64,000 nucleotides of DNA from Phoronis australis (lineage: Eukaryota; Animalia; Phoronida): contig NMRA01000288.1 in NCBI GenBank assembly GCA_002633005.1, positions 198,300-262,299 of the forward strand. The letters are read 5' to 3'. Shown here piece after piece: positions 1-12,884 of this stretch. The notes under the pieces are model-generated. The model searched no databases. It saw nothing but the letters and a program-made list of their open reading frames with translations, and was not told the DNA's origin. Positions within the stretch are counted from its first letter, which is position 1, and each line of letters opens with the position of its first letter. The position numbers and the translations under genes were made by a program.

Positions 1-567
1 CAGGCGAACTTATGGTATTTATTGGTGTCGATATCAACAAATGTGACCAGTGAACGTGTTGCAGTCACTGACAAAATGTGTGACTTAATTTTTCCCACAT
101 TGGCATGCTTTGAGACCTTCCAGAAGTGCCTGTTGGGCGACCATATTGAATAGCAGTTGTATACCAATCTCTATTGTAGTATCATGTTAGGCGGCTGATA
201 ATAGAGACTGTTGTGTGTCGTCACCTAGCTTGCACTGAACACGTTTTTACAAAATAACGAACCGTCGGTTCTTTGCTAGTTTAGAAACCTCCTCTTCTCT
301 GATCAAGAAACAAGTTGAGTCAAATTTTATTGCGTTAAGCGCAGAACGCGGGTTTTTAGCCGACTTCATATTACACTAAACCCTGTTTTGTCGTTTAGAA
401 GGATTGTAATTAAGGTGATGAGATGGAGGAAGCGATGGAGGAGTGGGAGATGAGGAGGTGATGCAGAAGACGGACGAAGGGGAAGTTGTTTAAGAAGATG
501 ACGATTTTGACGATGATGACAATGACGAAAACGCCTTTTTACAAATAATATTTTGCTTTCGTTTAAG

Positions 568-731
568 GTGTGATTGGAGTACAAGACAAGACGACTGTCA
601 ATTTCACTCTCCCAATGCACACTAGCAATATTACCCTGGCTACGGGAAGAAGCGGCAACGACTATACTTACACTACGTTCAGTGCCGGTTCAGGTTTGAG
701 CGTGGAACTTAACAGAGGACAAACTTACCAG
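568..731 (+). CDS. FCGBP-N-like membrane protein copy 1, exon C (upstream exons outside window)
   Basis: tttaag| acceptor and |gtgtgt donor. 164 nt, translating GVIGVQDKTTVNFTLPMHTSNITLATGRSGNDYTYTTFSAGSGLSVELNRGQTYQ. Same length as the copy 3 exon at 32479-32642. Confidence 0.85.
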
Positions 732-1010
732 GTGTGTTCACGTTAACATATTTACACGAGCATTTTATGTCAGACATTGCAACAGTTGTTCTGTTTTCCT
801 TTTTTGTCATCGAAAGCAGTTCAATTTTTACTTGAATGGATTTCATTGTGTTAACGTGAAGAGTGACACAAGATCTAGGTATGAGCGTCTCCATTAAAAA
901 TTACTTAAATGTATTTCTTCAGGATTACAGGAAAAGGTTTGAATTCTCGTATCATTAACAAAAGTCAATAAAAATTTCCATTTGTATGCCTATTCTTCTT
1001 TTACTTGTAG

Positions 1011-1221
1011 CTCCAGTCCAACGATGATTTAACCTCCACTCGTATCCAGTCAGACAAAGCAGTCGCTGTCACGTCAGGCAGCAAGCGTACAACTATTGCT
1101 ATGGTAACACGTTCTTCTGATCACATAGAGGAAATGATTCCGCCGACGTTTTCGTGGGGAAAATACTTCATAACAGCACCATTTGCCAGAAGAACTGGAG
1201 GTGATATCTTTCGAATATTAG
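1011..1221 (+). CDS. Copy 1, exon D (IgGFc-binding N-terminal-like domain)
   Basis: ttgtag| ... |gtaaga. 211 nt, translating LQSNDDLTSTRIQSDKAVAVTSGSKR...DHIEEMIPPTFSWGKYFITAPFARRTGGDIFRIL. Resembles the FCGBP-N motif DLTGT.I.S.KPVAV.SG...DH..EQ.PP...WG..F. Confidence 0.88.
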
Positions 1222-1598
1222 GTAAGACCATACTACATGACAAGTGGAACAGATCCGGCCCTCTACTATTATACTACAGGATCTTTTCAAATCTTCATGA
1301 ATTACTTTCTGTGACATATTCACAATTAGAGCCGGTGGCTTCTTTAAATACATAGGCCTAACATATTTCTTCTGAGCCTCAAAAAGTAAATATTAACTCC
1401 AATTAATCTTACGTCAAGTCATTATTTTTAAGTTTATTTGACTGAAAGTTCTGTCTTTGGATTATCTGTCTACGAAGTCGTAGCCGTTTGAGTCCGTTTG
1501 TATGAAACGTTTTTTTCTTTCACTTAAAAAGACTTAGAATTTAGATTTTGCACAAAGTTTGTGGGTGGTCATCCTGTGCCATCAACTTGCAATTACAG

Positions 1599-1763
1599 TT
1601 TCTGTCGACAACACTGAAGTTCAGCTTTGGTCAACACTTCACAAAACCAACGCAACAGAAAAACTCAGACTGGGAAAGTTTAAACAACTAGATGTGCCCT
1701 CCACTGACTTTTACTACATATCAGCCTCGGATCCAATATTGGTCGTTCAATACTCCAAAACAG
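1599..1763 (+). CDS. Copy 1, exon E
   Basis: ttacag| ... |gtacct. 165 nt, translating VSVDNTEVQLWSTLHKTNATEKLRLGKFKQLDVPSTDFYYISASDPILVVQYSKT. Same length in all four copies. Confidence 0.88.
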
Positions 1764-2018
1764 GTACCTGCACAAGATTTTAAAAAAAGGAATATTCATA
1801 TTTTATTTCCAAGCGTGGCCTACGACATAGCGAATATAGGCCTACTTTAAGCTGAGAAGAAAAATGGTAATGCTGTAAAAGTTATATTTTTGAGTGTAGT
1901 TGCATGGTTTACGTTTCCAGCGCGTCAGTAAAATATATGGAGATTATGTACATATAGTAAGTAACGTACTACCAGATTAGTATTATGCAGTAATGCACTT
2001 CTAAATACTTAATTTCAG

Positions 2019-2971
2019 GTAAGGTTGACGGGAAAGCCAGCGATCCTTTTATGACTGTGGTTGTATCCATAGAGCAGTTCTCCAAAGACTACACTTTCGC
2101 AACACCGGAAGCCGTGGAGGCTCCATATCAAAACTTTGTCGCCATCACATGCAAAACTGTTGAATGTGGCGAACTTTATTTAGATGGAAGTCCGATAACT
2201 GGTGCAAAGTTCTGGAAAACATGGACCTTAATTCACGGTCCTCAAGCCTCCTTTTCTGTTGGCATCGTTTTGATAAACCATGGGACTCACACTTTAAATC
2301 ACCCCGACCCAACAGTCGTTTACGGTATTCAGGTTTACGGACAGGTGTGGTTAGAATCTTATGGATTCCCTGGGGGCATGTTCGTAACACCACTGTACCT
2401 TGCTTGTGCCGTCACAAATGTTGTGGTTAATGATGGACTTGACAACGACTGTGACGGTAAAATAGACGAAGAACTAGCTGATGGTTTGGACAACGATGGC
2501 GACGGGAATGTAGATGAGGACACGGCGCAACAGGCAAATCCGTTATTCCTGGCATTAACTACTACCACTGCGTCGTTACCCTCAACAACGGATACACCAA
2601 ATAATGTATCGAACTACGGTACTCACAATGGATTCCCAACAAATATTGTGGTAGGAACTGCAGTCCCAGGTGCTATAATATTACTGGTTATTCCTTTTGC
2701 ATGCCGCTGCTGCTGCTTGCTTGCAGCCTTAAAACGTCGAAGGCGTAGAGAAAAGAAGAAGGGATCATCTGAGGCCAACAACGAACAAGATGTGGGAAAC
2801 GGGAATGATCAACACAGTAAGACTGTACAGAAGACTCCAGTCGTCCCGATTCCCATGCCTAGCAGTGGGCATTTCGACCAAGACGACTGGCTGTATTCTC
2901 GATCCAGGTCGTCACAGCCACGTACTGAAAATTCTGTATTGACGACACCAGGAACACTCATGGACATTTAA
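2019..2971 (+). CDS. Copy 1, terminal exon F: end of FCGBP-N-like domain, acidic DxDxDG repeats, very short Thr stalk, TM helix, cytoplasmic tail
   Basis: tttcag| acceptor in frame with ORF 2051-2971. Contains DPFM...SIEQF..DYTF, ESYGFPGG, DGLDNDCDGKIDEELADGLDNDGDGNVDED, hydrophobic IVVGTAVPGAIILLVIPFA, CRCCC and KRRRRREKKK. Stops at 2971. Confidence 0.9.
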
Positions 2972-3114
2972 ATTTCACTCTGGCACATAATCCTGTGTGG
3001 CGTTATAATAATGAGGGAAAAACACTGATGCAGAGTGGTCTAAAATATCGAAATAATTTCCCATGATGTGACTCGCTAGTATCACCACTGTCGGTGAGTA
3101 TCTGATCCCTTGAC

Positions 3115-3120
3115 AATAAA
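3115..3120 (+). promoter_or_regulatory. Candidate polyadenylation signal of copy 1
   Basis: AATAAA about 145 nt downstream of the stop codon. Confidence 0.4.
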
Positions 3121-3237
3121 ATCCCTCTAAGAATCTGGCTTGGATTAGCGTTTTTATCAGTTCAAAGCAATGAATGTTAACAACAAAAGGTCAAAGCAAA
3201 CCTTATTTCAGAGCCTTGCCGCCTTTAACTGTGGAAG

Positions 3238-4179
3238 TTAAAGGCAAAGGCAATCTTTTCGTGTCATTTTTAGCAAAAATAAGTTTCGTTGATTATCCCA
3301 GACATATTTTTATTTAATTACAACTTTTTGTAATTTAAACAATGCTCGTCCTTTACTCCTGAAGTGACGTTTTGGGAGGCAAGTATTTCGCGCCAGTTTC
3401 TTTTCACATGGTCTTCCTGTGAGATCTGCCGAGTCAGTCATTGTTCTACCTCTGTTGTGATTAGTTTGGTCGTCGTTTGCTTTTGTTTACGAGTCAGTCA
3501 ACATGTCACATTGTTGCTGTGTACCGAGATGTACCCATTATCGTCTCACAGACCAATGAGCTATACCAGGAGTAGCTCATTGCACAGACAGGGGAACAAT
3601 CGTTCCACTTGCCTGAGTGTCCCGCGACACACTCCCACTGGAGCACACAAACTGCTTATATCCCGCCGTGTGACTCTCTTGCCACACACACCTCACTTTC
3701 TAAATAGATCCAATACTTTAGACAAGTCCTCAATATACTTATCAAAGCTTGGCTCACCAATCTATTCATTGGACGACGAACTGTCCTCTTCACTGGGTGT
3801 CGAACGGGGCTTGTATTCACTCCTTCTACTCAACATCGCAGCAGCGCTGCTTACAGGTTCTGGGCGATAATGAATACATGTACATCCCGGTACGCAGCAA
3901 CAGTGTGGCATGTTGATTGACTCGTAAACAAAAGCAAACGACGACAGAACTTGTCACTGCCAAGGTATAACAATAACTGACTCGACAGCTCTCACAGACA
4001 CACTACATGAAAAGAAATTGGCGCGAAATTGTTGCCTCCCAAAACGTCACTTCCCGAGTAAAGGACGAATAATTATTTAATTTCCGAAAAGCTGTAATTA
4101 AATGAAAAATATGTCTGGGATAATCAAAAAACCTCATGTTTGCAAAAAATGACATGAAAAAGGTTGCCTTTCCATTTAA
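3238..4179. mobile_element. Non-autonomous fold-back DNA transposon with TTAA ends (Kolobok/piggyBac-like)
   Basis: Imperfect inverted arms of ~300 bp (3238-3540 vs 3870-4179), e.g. gattatcccagacatattttt / aaaaatatgtctgggataatc and gaagtgacgttttgggaggcaa / ttgcctcccaaaacgtcacttc. Both ends are TTAA. Confidence 0.8.
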
Positions 4180-5999
4180 TGGGTCAAAATATGAGACAGA
4201 TTAAAGCTTTGTGATCATTTTGGCAGTTTTGGTATGACTCTTAACTTTTCATTTATGTAGAGATTTCAACAGTGAATCTTAAAAGTTTGCTCGTGTGCAT
4301 TGCGTAGGATTGATATACCACCGACTCGTGCTACGTAACGAAGAACTGGGACCAACAAAATCCACCGCGTATATTGAGATACTACCGCATGGTGTTGCGT
4401 CAGGGAGGACTGTAACAAGCGAGAAGTGCACTGGTTCAACGCAGTGGGAGATAATAGTAGTTGGTACAAGGACTGCCCTAGATGACGTGCAAGATGCAAG
4501 TTATAATTTCTGAACAGTTGGTTACTGAAGCGGCCAACAGAATCGTGACTAAAAGAGCGTCGAGCCAGAGCTTGGCCGGATCAAAGGCGTTTGATTGTAA
4601 TCTTAGATTTAGTTCAAGTTCTCCCTATAGAGAGCGCCTGCGTAGTTAACCGTCATCGCAGCAAGTGCAATAAATGAGCTTAAATATAATTAGGGCTTTT
4701 AGGGACCTCGGTATCTCCATTTCTCTCTGAAATGCTTTTAAAGACTCACACGAAATACTCCACCCCACGTCAAAAATCGCCCTTCAAAGATTAAACGTTC
4801 CCCTCAAGGTTAGACTCATTCTTATATATCTCACAGGAATTTTTAGCCCGAAAATCTCACTTCAGAATCATGCATTTTTCATTGTGTGCAGCCTCGATGT
4901 GCAGAAAAGAATATGAATTAAGTTTATCGCAAGTGCAATGGCGGTACTATAGTATTGCGTAACGAAAGTAATTTTAATCAAAATGTGATTTCTCGGTTCA
5001 CAATCTAACATTGCTACTACTTAGGGTTGGCTTTCCAATTCAGAAACCCCTTGGCTTGACTAGTACTTTGCTCTGAGTCAATTCCAACAATTGGGTTAGG
5101 TTCATTTTTACTCTAAGAAATACTTCGCATATAGCGAAAATAGAAGGATAAGATTTCGGGTCACTCGTATCCCTTGATGAACCGTGGAATATAATTAGCC
5201 AGCGAATCACATGATGCCGGACAAAAGACCAACCGAATATTTAACAATAGACTGCAATAATGTCTGGACTTACCCTGGATTTTGAATTCGCTTTAGTCAA
5301 CATTTGAGAACAGGCGGTAGGCAGTTTTTTCAATGTCTGTTCAGTGTTTACCTGTTGTCCACTAAGATATTAGTCAGCCGCGGCTAAATCTTGAAAAGTC
5401 TTCCAAATAAAGTTTCAATGTACATGTAGTTGCAGTTACCTAAAAGTGGCACTGATCACTGTTTGAGGGAGTTGCCAAGCTAAGCATTGTAAATGGACAA
5501 AATTATCGAAGTTTTTTAACATTGTTATTATTCTGCGGTGCGACAATTAGCTAGCTAAGTAGGTCATTTAAGGCTATTGACTATGCACCACTCTCGTATA
5601 ACGGCTCAATGTCTGGCTTATATCCTCAAAGCTTTCCAACGCCAACAACAATAGATGGAACACGTAAATTTATATTAAACAATAACAAATTATCAGTTCA
5701 ACCGAAGTTCAAAGATCATTACTGATTTCAGTAAGGAACAGTATGTGATTAATCAATAATGGTATGCGACGGGTTCAGACAAAATTTAATTACGGTAAAG
5801 TCGCGTGATTTTCGGACGGCCCGCCATTTTCGACCAAGAATAAATATTTCCGAAATGAGTTTTTCATGGTCCACGAAATTCGTACAAGGTCCAAAAACTG
5901 TTTTTCAATGATCCTCGAATTTCGGACAATGTCATAAACGTCGGATTTTTGTCCCGCAGTAACTTAATTTCGAGGAGAAACACCTTAAAAAGGGTCCAT

Positions 6000-7150
6000 T
6001 TTCAACACAGTTGTACAATTTTGTAATCTCCAGTGTAGTTTTATTCGTGTTGAGCAGTAAGTGATACGTAAACTAAAAGTTTTTGAGTTTCACACCACAA
6101 AGTTTTCACAGAACCACATTCCACAAACATATATTTAAAAGTCTCAACAGTTCCACAACATGCACACTTGTCATCACTTACGAGGTTCATCTTTTTCAAA
6201 TTAAGTTTAGTAAACACTTCTCCATGAATATAGAAACATTTAAAGGTTTAACATAAGGAGGTAACAAGAGTTTGTGTGGAAGAGCATAAATTTGTTTAAT
6301 TCGTTGTCTAGAGTAAATATCAGTTAAGCAGTACTCTATATCAGGAGGCAAACAATTTTGGAAAGCAAAATATTTCTAGAAAACAAATTAGTAGTTTGGC
6401 TTGTCTGGGGATGTATGCATTTTGAAATCGAAGGATCAGCTTTAAACTTAATCGCATGTCTCAAAGCAGCATAATGAATCCAATTTGAAAACTTATATCT
6501 ACTTTTCAAAACCTCCCATGTCAGAATTTTTTTTTCAAAATTCAAAAGATCCTTCACAAAAATAATGCCAGCCTCAAAGAAACTATTAAAGAATACAGTC
6601 CTCCTATCAATCAATATGTTTTTATTATTCCACACTACTTGGTTCTCAATTGTTATGTCCTTATGTAAATGAGCACTTATTTCTTCCAGTGTAGTTAAAC
6701 AGATTCTAGTCCAGTCTTTTATACAGTTGATAACCCTGAAATGAGCTGTGTTGTGGGAATACACCTCTACAAAATGTGACTTTTACATCTAAGTTCTCAA
6801 CAAACGGGTGCCTTTTAATTGTATAGGAATTCTAGAAAGGTGGTATTCTGATTTCAAACACTCCGCCTCTTTAATCTAACAGAGCGCACTCCGCGTAAAA
6901 AGTTCTTAAAATTGAGTCTCAAGGTTTAAGGCTTAAAGATCCACTTTGTTTTTTTGCGTAGTTCCCTCTACCTCCAACCAATGACATGTTCTCATACATT
7001 TCTGTAGCCATTTTCTTGTGTTTTGAATGATAATCAAAACTATAAACCTTTGGAACATCAAAACCTGACTGTAAGTTTTCGAAAAAGTGCTTTAAAACAT
7101 GTATTTTGATTTTTTTAGAACATAAATTGTCGAGATTTGTTTTATACATG
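6000..7150 (-). mobile_element. Decayed L1/Tx1-type LINE, ORF2 C-terminal part
   Basis: ORF 6336-6764 reads VWNNKNILIDRRTVFFNSFFEAGIIFVKDLL, typical of the post-RT region. A downstream frame reads KMNLVSDDKCACCGTVETFKYMFVECGSVKTLW (zinc-knuckle remnant, ~6100-6195). A partial paralog lies at ~24610-25030. Confidence 0.75.
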
Positions 7151-10100
7151 CTAAATACACACAAAACGATTGTTTGTCTTCACTTTCAATTTAAGCAGCT
7201 TTAGTCCTTGGCATTACAAAAAGAGAAGTGGTGGAAATTTTAAATTTGAAAACTGATAAATAACTCAATTGGAATGAAAAAATCCTTGCATGCAATTGTT
7301 CCTCTGAACTTTGGTGACTGATTAACACAAAAAAAGTTTTTGTTATTTCTAAACAATATTCCAGGCGACATACGTCTTAATATTTGTCTTGACAATGCCC
7401 TTTCCATGAGTCAGGGTGTAATCTTTTACTCCCGATCAATCTCAGAAAATTGTTTGTCGTTTTCCATTCCGTTTTTCTGCCAGTACATTAGCCCTAATAC
7501 TGGGGTCATTAAGTGCAGACTAAGATTAAGCAGTTATTCACCCCAGTCGTTATGTACTCGAGTAGAGAATACAAGACACTTACCTTGAGTCCACACAAAA
7601 GTAGACTAGAAATCAACAAAATATTATTGAGTAAATAGGTAAGACCCCGGCCCCAGGTGTTCCTTGGCCATGGTCTTCAAGTCGATAAATGTGCTCTTTG
7701 ATGTGGCTGTGGCAATCGGGTCTTTAGCACCGCTGGAAGCAACTAGGATATAGAGCACTAGAATTCATCAAAATACGACCAAACTCTGTCAACTATTAAA
7801 ATGTTTCTCAATACTAAACGAATCTATTAACGTAACTATACACAAGAATACATTAAAACACTTTAAGTTTTCAAACAGTAGCGGAAAATTTTTACTGAAT
7901 ACTTAACGGATTCACCAAATTATGATACTTTTGACCTCTAGTGCCGCACAGTGGTGTAGCGAGAGGGCAATTGTAATATCTTTCAGCTTTACTCTGTATT
8001 GAATTATTGCTCGTTAATTTAACTTGAACTCTTCGTGACATTCTTCGTTTTCCGTTGAGTATTATTTCGTATACTGGCTTAAATATTCTGCTATTCGAGC
8101 AGTGTGTTCTGCTTATGTTTTGCAAAGACTGACACAAAATAAATCACACGATAATATTTAGTTGTGGTACTTCAAGTAAGGCTGGTGTCTATAACTCCCG
8201 TGTGTACACATTACTGATCAGAAAGCGCCGAAACGGCATTGACGTCAGTCCTCTTTACTTGGACAAACAACGAGAGCGATTCACACGAAAACGAAAAATA
8301 GTTTTAAAAAGTTTTTGTTTTGGTTTCTGAGGAGACATTGGGTATCGCGTTTTTTGGAGCGTGGTGACCATTGCGACTTTTATGAGAGATCATCTATTGC
8401 TTTGCATTGCGTCTGGTGATAAAATGAATTTGCTATTCGCATGCGTATTTGTTCTTACGGAATTTCTAGCTTGTTTTTGCTTAAACGAAAAGGGAAATCT
8501 GAGTTTGCAAAATAAGTGGCAGCTCGTTCACCTTTGACACTAAGTGCACTAATGACACGCCGTCATTGAGTTCTGTGCCGGTAGATTGCACTTGCTGTTA
8601 AAAATAACGCAATTCAAATCAGTCCAATCTCACCAAATAATCTCCAAGAGCCAATTATTTTTTCTAGGATAGGGCTGGTAAGCTTCCCACCATACTCAAA
8701 AAACATTCGTTTACACTCCCGTAATTTTGCGAGCTATTGCGATAACGTGCTATTCTCGCAAGAAACTCGATACACGGAACGCTCAGCAGGTTTTAAACAA
8801 CAACGTTCATTATTCAAACGTACAAATCACTGTAAATTTTAAGAAATAAACAATCGTGTACAAATGTAAAAAATACATTTCTTTCCATAGGTAAGGGATT
8901 TGCGACTTCAACCTTTGTTTGAATTGAAGTTACAATAAACTCCCAAGAATTTCCGCGACAGTCGCACTGCTTCAGCGGATGAACTAACCCTCCGTGAAAC
9001 GGGAACTTCAAAGAATACTAAACCCGGTTCTGACCTATTAACAGATACTAACAATGACTTTTCCTTGCAGCTCTCTAAAACAAAATTTTGAAAACTCCTT
9101 ACAAAGTCTCTTAAACTGGAAAGAGTATTTGTAGTTACGAAACAACTAGAGGAAAAGACCATTCACCAAAAACCACAATCTATTCTGCGGCAAAGTGACC
9201 ATTTATTATAAGTTGCATCTTATCAGACTAAGAAATCGGTCACTTCTCATCTTATTAAGGAACAACGAGACCTTGTTTGTAGCGATAAGCGGTCAAAAGC
9301 AAAGGATCGCTTCCTGAAAGGAACGTATGTTTATACTCAGTGAGTCTGACACTGTGGGGTCTCTTTCATTAAAGCGACTTAAGACATAAAGGCCTGCTAT
9401 GGTGCCTGCTGTGCTATACGTGACATAACAGGTCAGGTGACCACATACTTTTGGTGAAGACGAAAAATCTTGTTGTCACTATGAAAATGGCGGAGAGCAG
9501 TGGAAGCTGCCATTACGATTGCACAGCTAACAAAAACATTATGCATAAATGTACTCCCAAAGTTCCTCAAGCACGGAGGTGGCAGGCCCAGCAGAGGCGG
9601 TGAAAAGAACCCATCTCTTGTGACAATGGGCCTGCAGAAGATCTCAAGGCAATATATCGACCTTGTCGCTGTCTGTCACTAAATTCAAACATGACTTTGG
9701 TACGGCAATAGCCATTAGTAACCTTCCTGAGCGGACTGAAAAATTGACGGTCAGATGATTGAACATTCTTGCTTCGATATTTTTCTTTCAAATTTTCAGT
9801 CATAAGAAGTTATCGTCAGCAGTCACGGAAAAATCGTATGCATCGGTTCGCGTTAAAGAACAACCCAGGCATACTTTTACGATTCGTTTTTTGTAAAAAA
9901 ATGCATGTTCAACATGAGGAGTTGGCCAACCCCCGTTTTCATCGTAATGTAACAAACGGCGTAACATACCGTCTTCTCCCTTACGTATCACTAACAATAT
10001 ATTCGTAATACAGAACTTGTATCATTCACTGTGAAAATGGTCAGTTTTTAACACTAGTGGCTGCATTTCGGCCTGCAACCAAGACTCTACCTTCACTGTG

Positions 10101-10604
10101 TTACTATTAGCTGTAGCAACAACAGTATCAGTCGGTTAAATCACAATCAATGTCCATAATAGGTGGACTCTTTTGGTGAAAAATGAAAGATATCATATAA
10201 CTATAGAAGCTGGGGTATTTTAAAGTACCATAATTCCAGGTTTGCGATCTCAAATATTTTTGCACAAGAACCACCGAATAAATTTTTACGGTCTGATGCC
10301 TCACGGACAGTTGTACGTGTACACTAAAACTTGTAGTCACAGCCCACTTCTACCATGCAAAAAATAACAAGGTAGCTATAAATTTAATAATTTCTTGATT
10401 AAATTCAAGAAGTATGACATAATAAAGTAACTTATTACCATGCTGATGAAGTTGTTCTATATGATAATGCATTGCATGTCTTAACACAGTATAATGAGAA
10501 CCTTTTCTCCGGCAATATGGTTTTACTACTTTTTTCCAAAAACGTTATTGGTACTATTTGCCTAGTTTTCAATACATTCACCAGTTGGTCAAAATAGTTA
10601 AAGC

Positions 10605-10808
10605 AATGCTAGGTCCAACGTTTAACTTGTAAGCAGTAAAAATGGTACTGGTCAGGGTACGTACACTACGTAATGCTAGGTCCAGCGTTTAACTTGTAAA
10701 CAGTAAAAATGGTACTGGTCAGGGTACGTACACTACGTAATGCTAGGTCCAGCGTTTAACTTGTAAACAGTAAAAATGGTACTGGTCAGGGTACGTACAC
10801 TACGTAAT
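10605..10808 (+). repeat. 67-bp tandem repeat x3
   Basis: The unit aatgctaggtccagcgtttaacttgtaaacagtaaaaatggtactggtcagggtacgtacactacgt starts at 10605, 10672 and 10739. The paralogous spacer (~28724) has only one shortened unit. Confidence 0.95.
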
Positions 10809-12884
10809 CACGTGACTGTTTCTACACTTAATCAGCATCAAGTTTTGACTAAGTTAAAAATGTCTCCGATGGTCTCGAGTTTTGTCCTGTCACTGCTTGT
10901 TGGTTCATTGCAAGTTGCCTTAAGAGATGGAGCACCTGCCTTTGCAATATCACTTGTGACATGACGTGCCTTCTAGGGTGTTACTGGCTAAGTCCTTTGT
11001 GGCATTCCATTGAACACAAATTTGATAATGTCCATACTTTTTGTCACACTGAATGGATTTTGGATATACCAGTATTGTTCATGATAACAGCAGTATGTAT
11101 ATAACGGATATCACAAACCTTATTCACGAAATTTGGCATTTTCTGCAGTATTTCAAATATGTCTAGCAAAACACCTTGTCTTCATTCTGGGGGAAATTCA
11201 AGTATGAAATATATACCGTGTATCGACAAAAAAGATTTAGCAGAACCGCACTGGAGTCGCACAACCTCCTGAAAAAAATTTCCCAGGTTAGAGGTTATGG
11301 TGCTGTCACTCAAATCGAATCTGCCGCTAGACACAGAGCAGCTCCGTACGTCCCGCGTTGCCATAACATTGAGTCAACGACATGTACATATGATACAAAG
11401 GTGCCGGGGAAAACGAGGACAAAACGTAGTTTTGGTCCTGAGAGACTTGCGTGTCTGCATGCAAACGACTGTTGAGAACGAATGCTACTTTGTATTCACA
11501 AACACAACAAGTTGTGAGAAGAGTTAAGACCTCACCAAAATTCCTTAATTTGATAGATAATTTGACATTTCGCTGTTTCAATGTCATGCGGACGATATAT
11601 TTTAACCGCCGACTCGATTTCTGTTATATATTTCGTACTTGGGTTTCATATCAGTCTCGCGGCGATGGTGTGTAAAACAATGAAGTGTTCACCTACTTTA
11701 AAGTGGACCCCAATGCACCAGCTTGACCCACTTAATATGTTCGCTCCGCCCATGACCTAGTTGGATAATTAAGTTAATTACGAACTGCAAATTCAGTTGA
11801 CATTGCCCGTAAGTGTTTAAAAAAATTAACACGACAAAGGAGTATGTAGATTATATTGACCAAAAACAAATTTTCACCGAATAATTAACCGAAGTCCTCG
11901 AGATTTTCCCGTGTCCTAACTTAACTGGCTTTTTCTCAGTTTCTGAAAATCGACTTAATTTGAATTTAGGAACATGAGTTCTCAAAAACAGCTCTGTGGA
12001 TTTCTCTGAAACTTTCGCCAAACTTAATTTTAAGTTATCTCTAAAAACGCATTCAGGATTGTTTATTTCAAGGCCTAGTTTTGCATGATGAGTCACAAAA
12101 CAAGGAGCTCGTAATCAAGCATTGCAAATCTACAGAATTTCCAATGTCAACTACGATTTAAGTACAGATTTTGCTGGGATTTGTTTGTCTTGATACAACA
12201 GAAAATATCTGAATTTGGAATACATATTAATAAATGAGCTTTTTAAGCAGTGTATATTTCAATTAAAATTATTCACTTAGATTCACTGATTTTAATGGCT
12301 GACGGGTAAGTTCGAGCATGCAGATGTTGTTTTTCAGTACAAGTAAAAACACATACTTATGATTGTCGTTTAATACCAGTTATTTACTTGTGTAAAATTA
12401 ACAAATAGCAGCACCATTTGATAACAACACAAGCTGTGGTCTCAATCACCAAGACTGAGGTGGAAACTACACGTGGTCGCTCCTCTTAAAATATGGCGTC
12501 AGAACATAAAAACCTAGTGGCAGCACAACTAAACTCCACGGTCGAACCAAAAAACCCTTAACTCAATGGCAGTACCAGAAAACTCAATTCTTTGTTTGAG
12601 GCATAACAATGCGAGCCCCCGAATTTCCTGACTGACTCCCAGTGTTTTCCGCCATTTTTGTCCTGTGTAACACTTTCCAATATGGTGTCGTACTGACAAC
12701 GCGAGCTTCATTTATCTGATTGGCGCGTGCCCGGTCTATGTGGGGTCTATGGTTCGTACCTTCTCGTTTTTATTTTTTTCTCGAGTCCGTCAGGACAAAG
12801 ACGATTTCAGTCTGGGATTGTCCTAGTCACACACAATAACGGAATTCTTTGAAAGTGAAAAATGTAGATGTGTATCGAATTACA

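Larger units (their letters stand above)
4270..12100 (+). repeat. Intergenic segment co-duplicated with the gene (paralog ~21770-29520; fragments at ~41230-41800 and ~50590-53830)
   Basis: Long colinear similarity, e.g. gtttgctcgtgt at ~4286 and ~21781, and the block ggctaagtcctttgtggcattccattgaacacaaatttgataatgtccatac at ~10986 and ~28957. Confidence 0.85.

Noticed and set aside
2011-2025. AG|GTAAG at the exon F start (and AG|GT at exons B and C) as recursive splice sites
   Set aside because: The donor-like bases vary between paralogs (GTAAGG, GTTCGG, GTGCGG, GTAGGG) and are explained by Gly/Val codons.
10860-10964. MSPMVSSFVLSLLVGSLQVA as a leader exon of copy 2
   Set aside because: The frame is not conserved in the paralogous spacer (~28833) and there is no suitable donor site.
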